Assembly: GCA_964360675.1 (NCBI GenBank)
Contig: CAYHXT010000001.1
Location: forward strand, 10,491 to 74,490
DNA length: 64,000 nt
Reading direction: 5' to 3'
Source: an uncultured Methanosarcinales archaeon
GTDB taxonomy: Archaea > Nanobdellota > Nanobdellia > Woesearchaeales > GW2011-AR9
Of the stretch, positions 9,283 through 18,464 are shown piece after piece (the stretch's first letter is position 1; the number at the start of each line of letters is the position of its first letter). The translations under genes and the position numbers were made by a program. Below the pieces are notes generated by a model. That model ran no database searches. It was not told where the DNA came from and saw only the letters and a list, made by a program, of their open reading frames with translations.

Positions 9283-12168
9283 ATGGAAAAAGTAGTTAGG
9301 AAGATTGCTTATATCGGGGTAGTCTGCGACCTTTTCCATTACGGCCATCTACGTTCCATTCAATTTGCCAAATCTATCTCTGATTACTTGGTTTGCGGGG
9401 TGTTTACTGATGAAGTAGTAGAAGGATATCGGGTTAAGCCGATGGCTAATTATGAAGAGAGGAAAGCCGTGGTGGAAAGTCTTCGCGATGTGGATGCGGT
9501 TGTAGTTCAGGAACAAAGGGACCCCACTAAAAATTTACAACTCATTCATGAAGAGTTTCCAGAGGCAGAAATAATTTTAGTGCATGGTGATGATCTGCAT
9601 TATGTTCACGGAGAAGATTATATTAAAAGCATCGGCGGAAAAGTGGTAAAACACCCTTACTATCCCCGCCTTTCAAATTTTAAGATCATAAATTATCTGT
9701 TGGAAAATAAAGATAAATTCAAAGACATCACGGATTTTACTGCTTTTATAACTGAGAAAGATAAACTTGATGCCGAAGCGCACCAAGGAAATAAAGTGAT
9801 TATCTCTTCTAAAGCAGATACTCTTAAAGCTCTGCAGCCGCTATTGAAAAAATCTAAAATCGAGCCGTTGTATAGTTTTACTATCTCCGACTGGAAGAAT
9901 CAGAAAGAGCAGGTTCTGGCGAGAATACAAGAATTATTTTCTCCTTTTCTGATCGTGGTCAGAAGCTCTGCGGTAAAGGAAGATACTTTCGAACAATCCA
10001 TGGCCGGCTGTTTTGAAAGCGTGCTTAACGTTGATTCTGAAGAAAAAGCAAAAGTGGAAGAAGCAATAAATAAAGTATCCATATCTTACAAAGAAAAAGA
10101 TGCGGAAACTTCTTTCAATCAGATACTTGTTCAAAAGCAGACAGATGATGTCTCTATGAGCGGAGTGGTTTTTACCAGGACTTTAAGCAAAAACGGACCC
10201 TATTACGTCATAAATTACGACGATACTACCGGAAGCACCGATTCAGTGACTGCTGGCAGGGAAAACAAGACCCTCTACATAAGCCGATTCGCCTCTCAAA
10301 TCCCGAAAGAAATGGATGGTTTGATGAGTGCAGTAAGGGAAATTGAAAATATAATCCCTTCCTTCCCGTTAGACATTGAATTTGCCGTGCAGAGCGATGG
10401 AAGCATAGTTATTTTTCAAGTGCGCCCTTTAGCTGCGAATATATACAAGGAAAAATCTGACGAAGAAGTGAAACGGATGATTGATTCCTTAAAATTAACC
10501 TTTCAAAAACATACTGGTCGGCATCCGCATCTGGCGGGAGAAATAACTTTCTTTGGCGATATGCCCGACTGGAATCCGGCAGAAATAATCGGCGACAGGC
10601 CAAACAATCTGGATTATTCCTTATATGGCTATCTAATCACCGATAGCGCATGGCATGAAGCCAGGACTTCACAGGGATATTACAATGTCAATCCGGCCAG
10701 GTTGGTGGAGCTGTTTGGCAACAAACCTTATGTCAATGTGAGAAACACTTTCAATTCTTTTATACCCTCTTCAATTTCTCCGCAGCTGCGCGAAAAGTTA
10801 GTCTCATTTTACTTAGATAAATTGCGCAGAAATCCGCATCTTCAGGACAAGGTTGAATTTGAAGTTCTCTATACCTGTTACGACCTAAATTTTGACCAAA
10901 GGTCTAAAGAATTAGCTGGGGCGGGATTTTCACTCGAAGATATCGCCCAATTAAAAAGCGCTTTGTTATATCTGACCAACCATCTGATCACAGATGCGCC
11001 TAAATCGACAGATGACGATTTAAAAATCGTTTTCAGCATGAATGAATCACGTAAATCAATTTCTACTGTAATCGCAGAATCCGGCAGATCGCAGGAATTG
11101 ATTGCTGAATGTAAGGCCCTTCTAGACCAGTGCAGAAAGAAAGGGACGGTGCAGTTCTCTCGATTGGCAAGGCTGGGCTTCATCGCCAAAATAATATTTC
11201 GGAGCATGGTGGATAGAAAAGTTATAACTCAACAATTTTATGACCAAAAATACAAATCTATAAGCACCGTAGCTACAAAGATCAATGACGATTTTAAGAA
11301 ATTAATGAAGGGGGAATTATCAAAAGAAAATTTCATCAAGGAATATTATCATCTCCGGCCGGGAACATATGATATCACCAGCCCGCGTTATGATGCTAAT
11401 AAGGAACTCATCAACACGTTTAAAATAGTTGGGGGTGGGCTGGAAAAAGAAAGGCTGGAACTAACTAAAGAAGACGATATTAAAATTACCGCTGCATTGC
11501 AGGCGGAAGGATTATTGTGCAATGCAGAGCAATTCCTTAATTTTGTAGAATTATCAACGCAAGCAAGAGAGCTTTCTAAATTTGAATTTACCAAGAATCT
11601 CAGCGATGCTTTAGAATTACTTGCAGAAGCTGCAGAAAGGATGGGGCTTGCTAGAAAAGAGGTTGCTACACTTGATATTAATGATATTTTTTCCAGTATT
11701 TCCGTGCCGCAAACAGAAGAGATTGTAACCGGATGGAAAAAACTTATCCAGAAACACAGTTCCGAAAAAGCGCTGCATGAAAAATTAGTTCTTCCTCCAA
11801 TTATATTTTCCAGCAATGATTTTGAAGTAATACGGTTTTATCTGGCAAAACCTAATTTCATAACTCATAAAAATATTGAGAGTAAAATCGTCCACGTGAA
11901 CGACTTAAAAGACAAAATTGTCCCTGATCTTGAAGGTTGCGTGGTGGTTTTAGAAAATGGAGATCCGGGCTACGATTGGATATTTACCAGAAATCCGGCC
12001 GGATTGATTACGAAATATGGGGGGATCGCTTCGCATATGTCTATAAGGTGCGCAGAATTCGGCATCCCTGCGGCGATTGGCTGCGGCGAACTGATATTCA
12101 ATAAGCTTAAAACTGCGGAAAAAGTCATTCTGGATTGTAAATCAAATAAAATAATCCCTTTACCTTAA
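9283..12168 (+). CDS. Fusion: HIGH-family cytidylyltransferase + L-glutamine kinase-like (PPDK/PEP-utilising family, Cj1418-like)
   Basis: N-terminal DLFHYGH; VRSSA..ED...SMAG ATP-grasp, DIEFA, QVRP, MPDWNPAEIIG, RPGTYDI, C-terminal phosphohistidine domain GGIASHMSIRCAE.GIPAAIG. Confidence 0.85.
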   Translation: MEKVVRKIAYIGVVCDLFHYGHLRSIQFAKSISDYLVCGVFTDEVVEGYRVKPMANYEERKAVVESLRDVDAVVVQEQRDPTKNLQLIHEEFPEAEIILVHGDDLHYVHGEDYIKSIGGKVVKHPYYPRLSNFKIINYLLENKDKFKDITDFTAFITEKDKLDAEAHQGNKVIISSKADTLKALQPLLKKSKIEPLYSFTISDWKNQKEQVLARIQELFSPFLIVVRSSAVKEDTFEQSMAGCFESVLNVDSEEKAKVEEAINKVSISYKEKDAETSFNQILVQKQTDDVSMSGVVFTRTLSKNGPYYVINYDDTTGSTDSVTAGRENKTLYISRFASQIPKEMDGLMSAVREIENIIPSFPLDIEFAVQSDGSIVIFQVRPLAANIYKEKSDEEVKRMIDSLKLTFQKHTGRHPHLAGEITFFGDMPDWNPAEIIGDRPNNLDYSLYGYLITDSAWHEARTSQGYYNVNPARLVELFGNKPYVNVRNTFNSFIPSSISPQLREKLVSFYLDKLRRNPHLQDKVEFEVLYTCYDLNFDQRSKELAGAGFSLEDIAQLKSALLYLTNHLITDAPKSTDDDLKIVFSMNESRKSISTVIAESGRSQELIAECKALLDQCRKKGTVQFSRLARLGFIAKIIFRSMVDRKVITQQFYDQKYKSISTVATKINDDFKKLMKGELSKENFIKEYYHLRPGTYDITSPRYDANKELINTFKIVGGGLEKERLELTKEDDIKITAALQAEGLLCNAEQFLNFVELSTQARELSKFEFTKNLSDALELLAEAAERMGLARKEVATLDINDIFSSISVPQTEEIVTGWKKLIQKHSSEKALHEKLVLPPIIFSSNDFEVIRFYLAKPNFITHKNIESKIVHVNDLKDKIVPDLEGCVVVLENGDPGYDWIFTRNPAGLITKYGGIASHMSIRCAEFGIPAAIGCGELIFNKLKTAEKVILDCKSNKIIPLP

Positions 12169-12169
12169 A

Positions 12170-12850
12170 ATGTTATGCGCTATTTCGTTACGGCAGGAAA
12201 AGAACAAGCATGGCGAGGATATTGATGTTTTAGAGCAAAGGTATATCCACTATTTTGAAAAATTCGGCTTGAAACTGCTGCTGATACCTAATGGTCATGA
12301 TGTCGATTATTACTTTGAAAAATTTCCAATAGAAAGGGTTGTCCTGAGCGGAGGAAACGATGTTGATCCGCAGATGTATGGCGGAAAACGTGAAGAAGGG
12401 ATGTCTATAGTTTCCGAACGCGATATAACAGAAAGAAGGATAGTAGAATTAGCTGTCAAGAAGAAGATACCTCTACTGGGAATATGCAGGGGGATGGAAT
12501 TTTTGAATATATATTTTGGCGGAAAATTGATTAATATCAAGAATGAATATGGCAAAGAGGCGCATCTGCCGGGGAAAGAGCATCCTCTGCACATACTTGA
12601 TGGCCAAGAGCTTCTCAGAAAAGAAGTTAGAGTAAACTCTTTCCATAATCAAGCTCTTACTGAGAAAGAGCTTTCTTCAAACTTGCAGGCATTTGCAGTC
12701 AGCGATGAAGGGATAATAGAAGGATTTAATCATTCTTCGTTGCCATTAGTTGGCGTACAGTGGCATCCTGAACGAGAAAGCCCAGATGAAGAATTTAATG
12801 CGCAATTAGTGAAAGCTTTTGTTGAAGGAAAATTGTGGTGGAAGAGATGA
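12170..12850 (+). CDS. Class I glutamine amidotransferase-like hydrolase (peptidase C26); probable gamma-glutamyl-CDP-amidate hydrolase (Cj1417-like)
   Basis: LSGGND, GICRG nucleophile, VNSFH, QWHPE triad; gene context. Confidence 0.8.
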   Translation: MLCAISLRQEKNKHGEDIDVLEQRYIHYFEKFGLKLLLIPNGHDVDYYFEKFPIERVVLSGGNDVDPQMYGGKREEGMSIVSERDITERRIVELAVKKKIPLLGICRGMEFLNIYFGGKLINIKNEYGKEAHLPGKEHPLHILDGQELLRKEVRVNSFHNQALTEKELSSNLQAFAVSDEGIIEGFNHSSLPLVGVQWHPERESPDEEFNAQLVKAFVEGKLWWKR

Positions 12851-13665
12851 AAGCCATTATTCTCGCAGCAGGTATGGGTACCCGCTTAGGCAAATACACC
12901 GAAGACCTTCCGAAATGCATGTTAACTTTTGATGGAAAACCATTGATCGAGAGGCAGGTTGAGACCCTGCGTAGTGCAGGCATCACTGATATTTCTATAG
13001 TTAGGGGATATAAATCTGAGAAAATAAGCCTTGCCGGAGTAAAATATTACCACAATCCAGATTTTGCGACAACTAACATGGTAGAAACTTTATTCTGCGC
13101 AGAAAAAGAGCTGGATGAAAAAGAAGATGTTTTGATATGTTATGCTGATATCATCTATGAACCTAAAGTTCTTCAATCAATAATTGAATCTGGTGCGCAG
13201 ATAGGCGTTACGGTCGACAATGATTATTTGGATTATTGGAAATCAAGGATGGATAATCCGGAATCGGACATGGAAAGTTTAGTGGTTGAGGATGGAATGA
13301 TAACCGAACTCGGCGATACTAAATGTGTCAGAGACAAAGCTGAAGTAAGATACGTTGGATTGATTAAGCTCTCCAAAGAAGGAGTGCGGAAACTAAAGGA
13401 AACATATCATTATCATAAACAACAGCACTTTCATAAAGATGAGCCTTGGCTGAGATCAAAATCTTTCAAGAAAGCATACATGACCTGCATGCTGCAGGCA
13501 TTGATTAACGCAGGGCACGAAGTTAAGCCGATTGTGATTTCGCGGGGCTGGTTAGAATTCGATACTGTTGAAGATTATGAGAAATACAGCAGATGGTTGG
13601 AAGAAGGGACGTTAAGCAGATTTATCAACTTGCAGTTAAACAATAGTATTTCACAACGTTTTTAA
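12847..13665 (+). CDS. LicC-like NTP transferase; probable phosphoglutamine cytidylyltransferase (Cj1416-like)
   Basis: ILAAGMGTRL..PKCM, N..F.TTNM..TL, YADI, WLEFDT; ATGA overlap with upstream gene. Confidence 0.8.
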   Translation: MKAIILAAGMGTRLGKYTEDLPKCMLTFDGKPLIERQVETLRSAGITDISIVRGYKSEKISLAGVKYYHNPDFATTNMVETLFCAEKELDEKEDVLICYADIIYEPKVLQSIIESGAQIGVTVDNDYLDYWKSRMDNPESDMESLVVEDGMITELGDTKCVRDKAEVRYVGLIKLSKEGVRKLKETYHYHKQQHFHKDEPWLRSKSFKKAYMTCMLQALINAGHEVKPIVISRGWLEFDTVEDYEKYSRWLEEGTLSRFINLQLNNSISQRF

Positions 13666-13701
13666 AGTAAATTCTCACTTTCATTTTAGGTGTCTAAAGG
13701 C

Positions 13702-15957
13702 ATGGAAAAAAAGGTAAAGATAATTGTAACTATAGGGCCATCTACTAATTCTGAAGAAGCGATGCTTAAGATTAAGGATAAAGGCGTTGATTTTGTCAGA
13801 GTAAATATGTCTCATTCTGATATCAATTACCTTAAGGATACCATTGCCTTAGCCAAGAAAGTAGGTCTCCCTTTTGTAATTGATACTGAAGGATCACAGG
13901 TAAGAACCGGCGAGCTGGGCACTTCTACAATCGAATTGGAAGATAATGAAGAAATTAAAATTTATAATCATAAGATAGTCGGAGATAAAGACAAAATCAA
14001 CTTAACTCCTTATTCGGTAGTAGACCAATTAGAAGTGGGCGATTTAATCCTAGTAGATTTTGACACCGCAATATTGCGTATTTCTGACACGGCTACAATC
14101 AATCGGGGATATGTCACTGCCAGAGCTATCACCGGGGGAATAATCGGCAAAAATAAAGCAGTGATAATTGATCCCATATCCAATAAAAAAATAATCCTTC
14201 CCACTCTTTCGGAGAAGGATTATCAATCTATCCAAGTGGGCCTGCAGGAAGGGATTGGGCATATTGCCGCATCATTTATGCGTTCGGGCAAAGCAGTAGA
14301 TGAAGTGCGTAAAGCTACCCAAAATACCATGAAGATAATCTCAAAAGTTGAATGTATAGATGCCTTAGAGAACATTAATGATATTATTCGTAAATCTGAC
14401 TACCTGCTGATTGACAGGGGAGATCTCAGCAAAGAGATCCCCATTGAAAAAATTCCGTTAACTCAGAAGATGATAATCAACAAGGCAAAGAAGTATGGTG
14501 TCGGCGTATTTGTGGCTACTAATCTTCTGGAAACCATGATAGATCATAAGAAACCTACCAGGGCGGAAGTACATGATGTCCTAAACACCATTGTAGATGG
14601 TGCGGGAGGATTAGCATTAGCTGCAGAGACAGCTATCGGAAAATATCCCCTGGCTTGTATTAACATGCTGAACAAAATAATAAAGCATGCTCAACAGGTT
14701 AATGTTGAAGAATTCAGGGATAAAGAAGATAAATTTGTAGAAAAACTTGAAAAGAGCAATTATCTGCTTGATTTCGATATGTCTTCTTCTTTAGTCGCTC
14801 CCCACGGCGGTAAATTAGTTGATCGTATGGTTAAAGAAATGCCTTCCTCGAAATATCTTCATTCCCTGCCAGTTATAAAATTAAATGAAAGTCATCGGCG
14901 CGATGTGGAACAAATAGCAATAGGTACTTACAGCCCGATAGATGGTTTTATGGGAAAAGAAGATTTCCAATCGGTATTAGACAGAATGAGGCTGGCTAAC
15001 GGCCTGGTGTGGCCAATGCCCATAACTCTTGATGTCCCGGAGGATCAAGCAGATATGCTGCTATTGGGTTCTGAAATAGCTTTATCTGGCGATGAGGGCG
15101 AAATCATTGCTTTATTAGCCCTTCAGGAAAAATATACTTTTGATAAATCAGAGACTGCTCAAAAATTATATGCTACTGACAGCTTAGATCATCCTGGAGT
15201 AAAGATGATTATGGGAATGAATTCGGTTCTTCTCGCCGGACCAATAACTTTACTTAAAAGGATCAGGAATGAATTTAAGGAATATGAAATAACCCCTAAA
15301 CAAGCCCGCCGCCTTTTTGAAGAAAGAGGATGGGAGAAAGTAGTAGGTTTCCACACCAGAAATGTGATACATCGCAGTCATGAATTCATCCAGATGGAAG
15401 CATTGCAGAAAAGCAATTGCGACGGCCTTTTTGTACATCCTGTAGTTGGCAAGAAGAAATCAGGCGATTTCAGTGCTAAATTCATAATCAAAGCTTATGA
15501 TCTGATGATAAAAGATTTTTATCCCAAGAATAAAGTTATTTTTGGGACGTTTTCAACTTATTCCAGATATGCCGGACCGAGAGAAGCGCTGTTCACGGCT
15601 TTATGCAGGAAAAATTTCGGATGCAGCCATTTCATCGTAGGCCGTGATCATACCGGAGTGGGAAATTTCTACCATCCCAAGGCATCTCATAATATTTTTG
15701 ACCGCTTTCCTGATTTAGGCATCGTACCTATTCGTTTTGATAATGTGTTCTATACTAAAAAAGAAGGGCGTTATATGCACGAGCAGGAATATCCAAATCA
15801 CCCTGAAGAGGATAAGCTGCTTATCAGCGGCACTCAGGCCAGAAAAATGTTCGAGAACGGAGAACTGCCGCCCGGCTGGTTCATGCGTCCAGAGATTTCG
15901 CAGTTAATTATTGGTGCGGTCAAAAATGGAGAAGAAGTTTTTGTAAAAGATGTTTAA
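13702..15957 (+). CDS. Fusion: pyruvate kinase (A/B domains, no C domain) + ATP sulfurylase (sat type)
   Basis: IVTIGP, RVNMSH, SKVE, DRGDL, PTRAEV.D, ETAIGKYP; then PHGG.L, FHTRN..HRSHE, YAGPREA, RKNFGCSHFIVGRDH.G, ISGT..R, FMRPE. Confidence 0.9.
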   Translation: MEKKVKIIVTIGPSTNSEEAMLKIKDKGVDFVRVNMSHSDINYLKDTIALAKKVGLPFVIDTEGSQVRTGELGTSTIELEDNEEIKIYNHKIVGDKDKINLTPYSVVDQLEVGDLILVDFDTAILRISDTATINRGYVTARAITGGIIGKNKAVIIDPISNKKIILPTLSEKDYQSIQVGLQEGIGHIAASFMRSGKAVDEVRKATQNTMKIISKVECIDALENINDIIRKSDYLLIDRGDLSKEIPIEKIPLTQKMIINKAKKYGVGVFVATNLLETMIDHKKPTRAEVHDVLNTIVDGAGGLALAAETAIGKYPLACINMLNKIIKHAQQVNVEEFRDKEDKFVEKLEKSNYLLDFDMSSSLVAPHGGKLVDRMVKEMPSSKYLHSLPVIKLNESHRRDVEQIAIGTYSPIDGFMGKEDFQSVLDRMRLANGLVWPMPITLDVPEDQADMLLLGSEIALSGDEGEIIALLALQEKYTFDKSETAQKLYATDSLDHPGVKMIMGMNSVLLAGPITLLKRIRNEFKEYEITPKQARRLFEERGWEKVVGFHTRNVIHRSHEFIQMEALQKSNCDGLFVHPVVGKKKSGDFSAKFIIKAYDLMIKDFYPKNKVIFGTFSTYSRYAGPREALFTALCRKNFGCSHFIVGRDHTGVGNFYHPKASHNIFDRFPDLGIVPIRFDNVFYTKKEGRYMHEQEYPNHPEEDKLLISGTQARKMFENGELPPGWFMRPEISQLIIGAVKNGEEVFVKDV

Positions 15958-15974
15958 ACAAAACAAAATAAAAC

Positions 15975-16559
15975 ATGGAAGATACCAACAATCCTAAATT
16001 ATTGATCGTCTTCTGCGGCCTTTCCGGCTCCGGAAAAAGTTTTAATGCCAGAAAGCTTCAGCAACATCTTCCTGGATATACTATTGTTGGTCCCGGCATT
16101 CTGCGTGAACAATTAAACATCAAAACCTACAGTAGAAAAGATACCCCCAAACTTCTTGCCAAAGTTATCGAACAAATCGAAGAAAACCTAAGAGAGAATA
16201 AAGGGTCTATTGTCGATGCTAACCTTAAAAGCCTGGATGTAAGGCAATTTTTCCACGACACAGCTAAAGAGCTGGGTATAGGTTCCGTTCTTATTGAAAC
16301 CTATTGTTCTTCCGAAACAACCAAAAGCCGCATGGAAAAAAGGGAGCAAAGAACTCTGGCAGAGAATCCCAAACATTTTACTGTTTATCTAGAACAAAAA
16401 CGGTCATGGCAAAACCCCTTATTAGACTTAGAATTAGAAAGGAACAATCATGTTTCGCTAATCCGCATAAACACCGAAAATAAAATGACTGACCAAATTA
16501 AGATAAATGAAAACAACAAATCGATGGTCAATAAAATAATGGAAATACTTAAAGAATGA
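15975..16559 (+). CDS. P-loop nucleotide kinase (AAA_33/APS-kinase-like)
   Basis: CGLSGSGKS Walker A, IVDA Walker B, R..KR lid. Confidence 0.75.
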   Translation: MEDTNNPKLLIVFCGLSGSGKSFNARKLQQHLPGYTIVGPGILREQLNIKTYSRKDTPKLLAKVIEQIEENLRENKGSIVDANLKSLDVRQFFHDTAKELGIGSVLIETYCSSETTKSRMEKREQRTLAENPKHFTVYLEQKRSWQNPLLDLELERNNHVSLIRINTENKMTDQIKINENNKSMVNKIMEILKE

Positions 16560-16560
16560 A

Positions 16561-17478
16561 TTATTTCTTCTGCGCTAAAAACACGACACTATTGCCGAAT
16601 TTATAAATTCCGGGAATGTTCTTCTTATTACTGGCTGATTGCAGGTATCTGTCTAATCTTTTGGCAAACGGGAACAACACCCGTTTCTTAGTAAGGTATC
16701 CCGCCCCGTCATAACGTACAATATTGAATTGTTCCAGCTGAAATAATTTTTTTAATCTGCCAAAGGACAAAGCATTTTTACGCACTAAACCTATTTGTTT
16801 GTGCTGCTGCAAGCTTTCCTTATATTTTTCTGCTTTAGAAAAAACTGAAGATAGCGCAGCAGAAAAAAAATAAGGGATATAAAACAGCGGGGTATCCTGC
16901 CATCGTAATTCATAACGCCTTCGCGTAGTAAGATAATATAGCGACCTTATCCATTTTAAGGGCCCATCAATACTGCTGATGCCATACATATTGCGCTGTG
17001 CCAAAATGAAATGGCCGTTTGGTTTTAAAACACGTTTTACTTCACTAAAACACACTTCTGGAAACTGCAAATATTGTAAGAATCCCAATCCTGCAACACA
17101 ATCAAAAGAATTATTTGGAAAATCTAATTTTTCCGCGTTACCGATGAGGAATTCATAATTGCCCTTCGCATCGGCGGTAGATGTTTTCTGGCAGTTCTTG
17201 ATAGCAATTGCCCTTAATTTATTAGATATATCAATCCCAACTAAATTATGTCCTCTGGCATAAATCTTGGCAGAAGTTATACCTGCTCCGTATCCTAATT
17301 CCAGGACCCGCGCTCCCTGAGGCAAGTTTATAGAATCTAAATATTCTAAAACCGTTTCCTCCCTTCCCCGTAATCTATTCCCGTTGTAATTATCTTCATA
17401 ATAATGCTTTTCCCAGCGGCCTAAATCTTTCTCTTCATTCCACTTCTTTATTGCCTGTTGATTTTGATTATAATCCAT
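16561..17478 (-). CDS. Class I SAM-dependent methyltransferase
   Basis: VLELGYGAG, GNAEKL.F.NNSFD, RVLKPNG; ATG 17478 preferred. Confidence 0.85.
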   Translation of the reverse strand: MDYNQNQQAIKKWNEEKDLGRWEKHYYEDNYNGNRLRGREETVLEYLDSINLPQGARVLELGYGAGITSAKIYARGHNLVGIDISNKLRAIAIKNCQKTSTADAKGNYEFLIGNAEKLDFPNNSFDCVAGLGFLQYLQFPEVCFSEVKRVLKPNGHFILAQRNMYGISSIDGPLKWIRSLYYLTTRRRYELRWQDTPLFYIPYFFSAALSSVFSKAEKYKESLQQHKQIGLVRKNALSFGRLKKLFQLEQFNIVRYDGAGYLTKKRVLFPFAKRLDRYLQSASNKKNIPGIYKFGNSVVFLAQKK

Positions 17479-17658
17479 AGTATTACCCTTCCTGCGCATC
17501 AATTTATAAACATTTCTCCAGTTTAAACGCTGAGAATTCTACCCTTCTAATGAATGGTGGCGGCCGATTTCTCTTTTTGACAAATGAAATAATAAATCTC
17601 ATTAATCCTACCTGCACAACATTTAAAAACACTTTTAACGGGGAACATACCCGTGGAA

Positions 17659-18462
17659 ATGAAATCATCTCTATACGGTTTGAAAAGATATGGTATGAAA
17701 AGTTTTCTTAAAAATGTCTTTTCCATCGCTGTTAGCGATGCCGTGGTAGTCTCCTTTCAAAAAAGCGGCAGGACGTGGTTACGTTTGATGTTAGGCAAAG
17801 TATTAGAAGAGCAATATAAAATAAAAAGAGTCCGTTTAGATACTGAATATATGACTTTATTCAAACTCTTACCGAATGTTTTATTTTCACATGGGGGGTG
17901 CACGAAAAATAACAATACAATTGATTTCAGGAAAGTGTTTAAAAATAAAAAAGTTGTGGTCTTGGCAAGAGATCCCCGTGCGGTTATGGTATCATTATTT
18001 TATGACCATACTACCCGTAACCTCTTGTATAATGGAAACAATATCTCCGAATTTATCCGTGATGAAAATTTTGGGCTGCCTAAGGTTATGAAGTTCATGG
18101 ACGCTTGGGGCGGAGAATTACAACAAAGAGATAACATTTTATTGATACGTTACGAAGATCTTTACACAGATACCCCAAAAGAACTGAAACGTTTCCTTGA
18201 ATTTATAGGTCTTACTGCAACAGAAGAAGTATTGAATCGTGCTGTAGAATATGGTTCTGTAAAGAATATGCGCAAAATGGAACTTAAAAATGAATTTAAA
18301 GACCGCCGTATGCTGCCAGGAGACACAAAAAACAAAAACTCATATCGTACCAGAAATTGTAAACTCGGCAGTTTCAGGGAAGAATTAAATAAAGAAGATT
18401 TAGATTATATAACCAAGTTAATGAAAGAACAATTGCATCCTATTTTTAACTATAATGGATAA
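17659..18462 (+). CDS. PAPS-dependent sulfotransferase family protein
   Basis: 5'-PSB loop SFQKSGRTWL, 3'-PB motif RDPR..MVS, RYEDL, C-terminal R..K.G. Confidence 0.88.
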   Translation: MKSSLYGLKRYGMKSFLKNVFSIAVSDAVVVSFQKSGRTWLRLMLGKVLEEQYKIKRVRLDTEYMTLFKLLPNVLFSHGGCTKNNNTIDFRKVFKNKKVVVLARDPRAVMVSLFYDHTTRNLLYNGNNISEFIRDENFGLPKVMKFMDAWGGELQQRDNILLIRYEDLYTDTPKELKRFLEFIGLTATEEVLNRAVEYGSVKNMRKMELKNEFKDRRMLPGDTKNKNSYRTRNCKLGSFREELNKEDLDYITKLMKEQLHPIFNYNG

Positions 18463-18464
18463 CT

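Noticed and set aside
9283..13665. Phosphonate (C-P) biosynthesis suggested by the cytidylyltransferase fusion and class V aminotransferase
   Set aside because: No PEP mutase (EDKxxxxxNS) or phosphonopyruvate decarboxylase in the window; motifs fit the glutamine-kinase route
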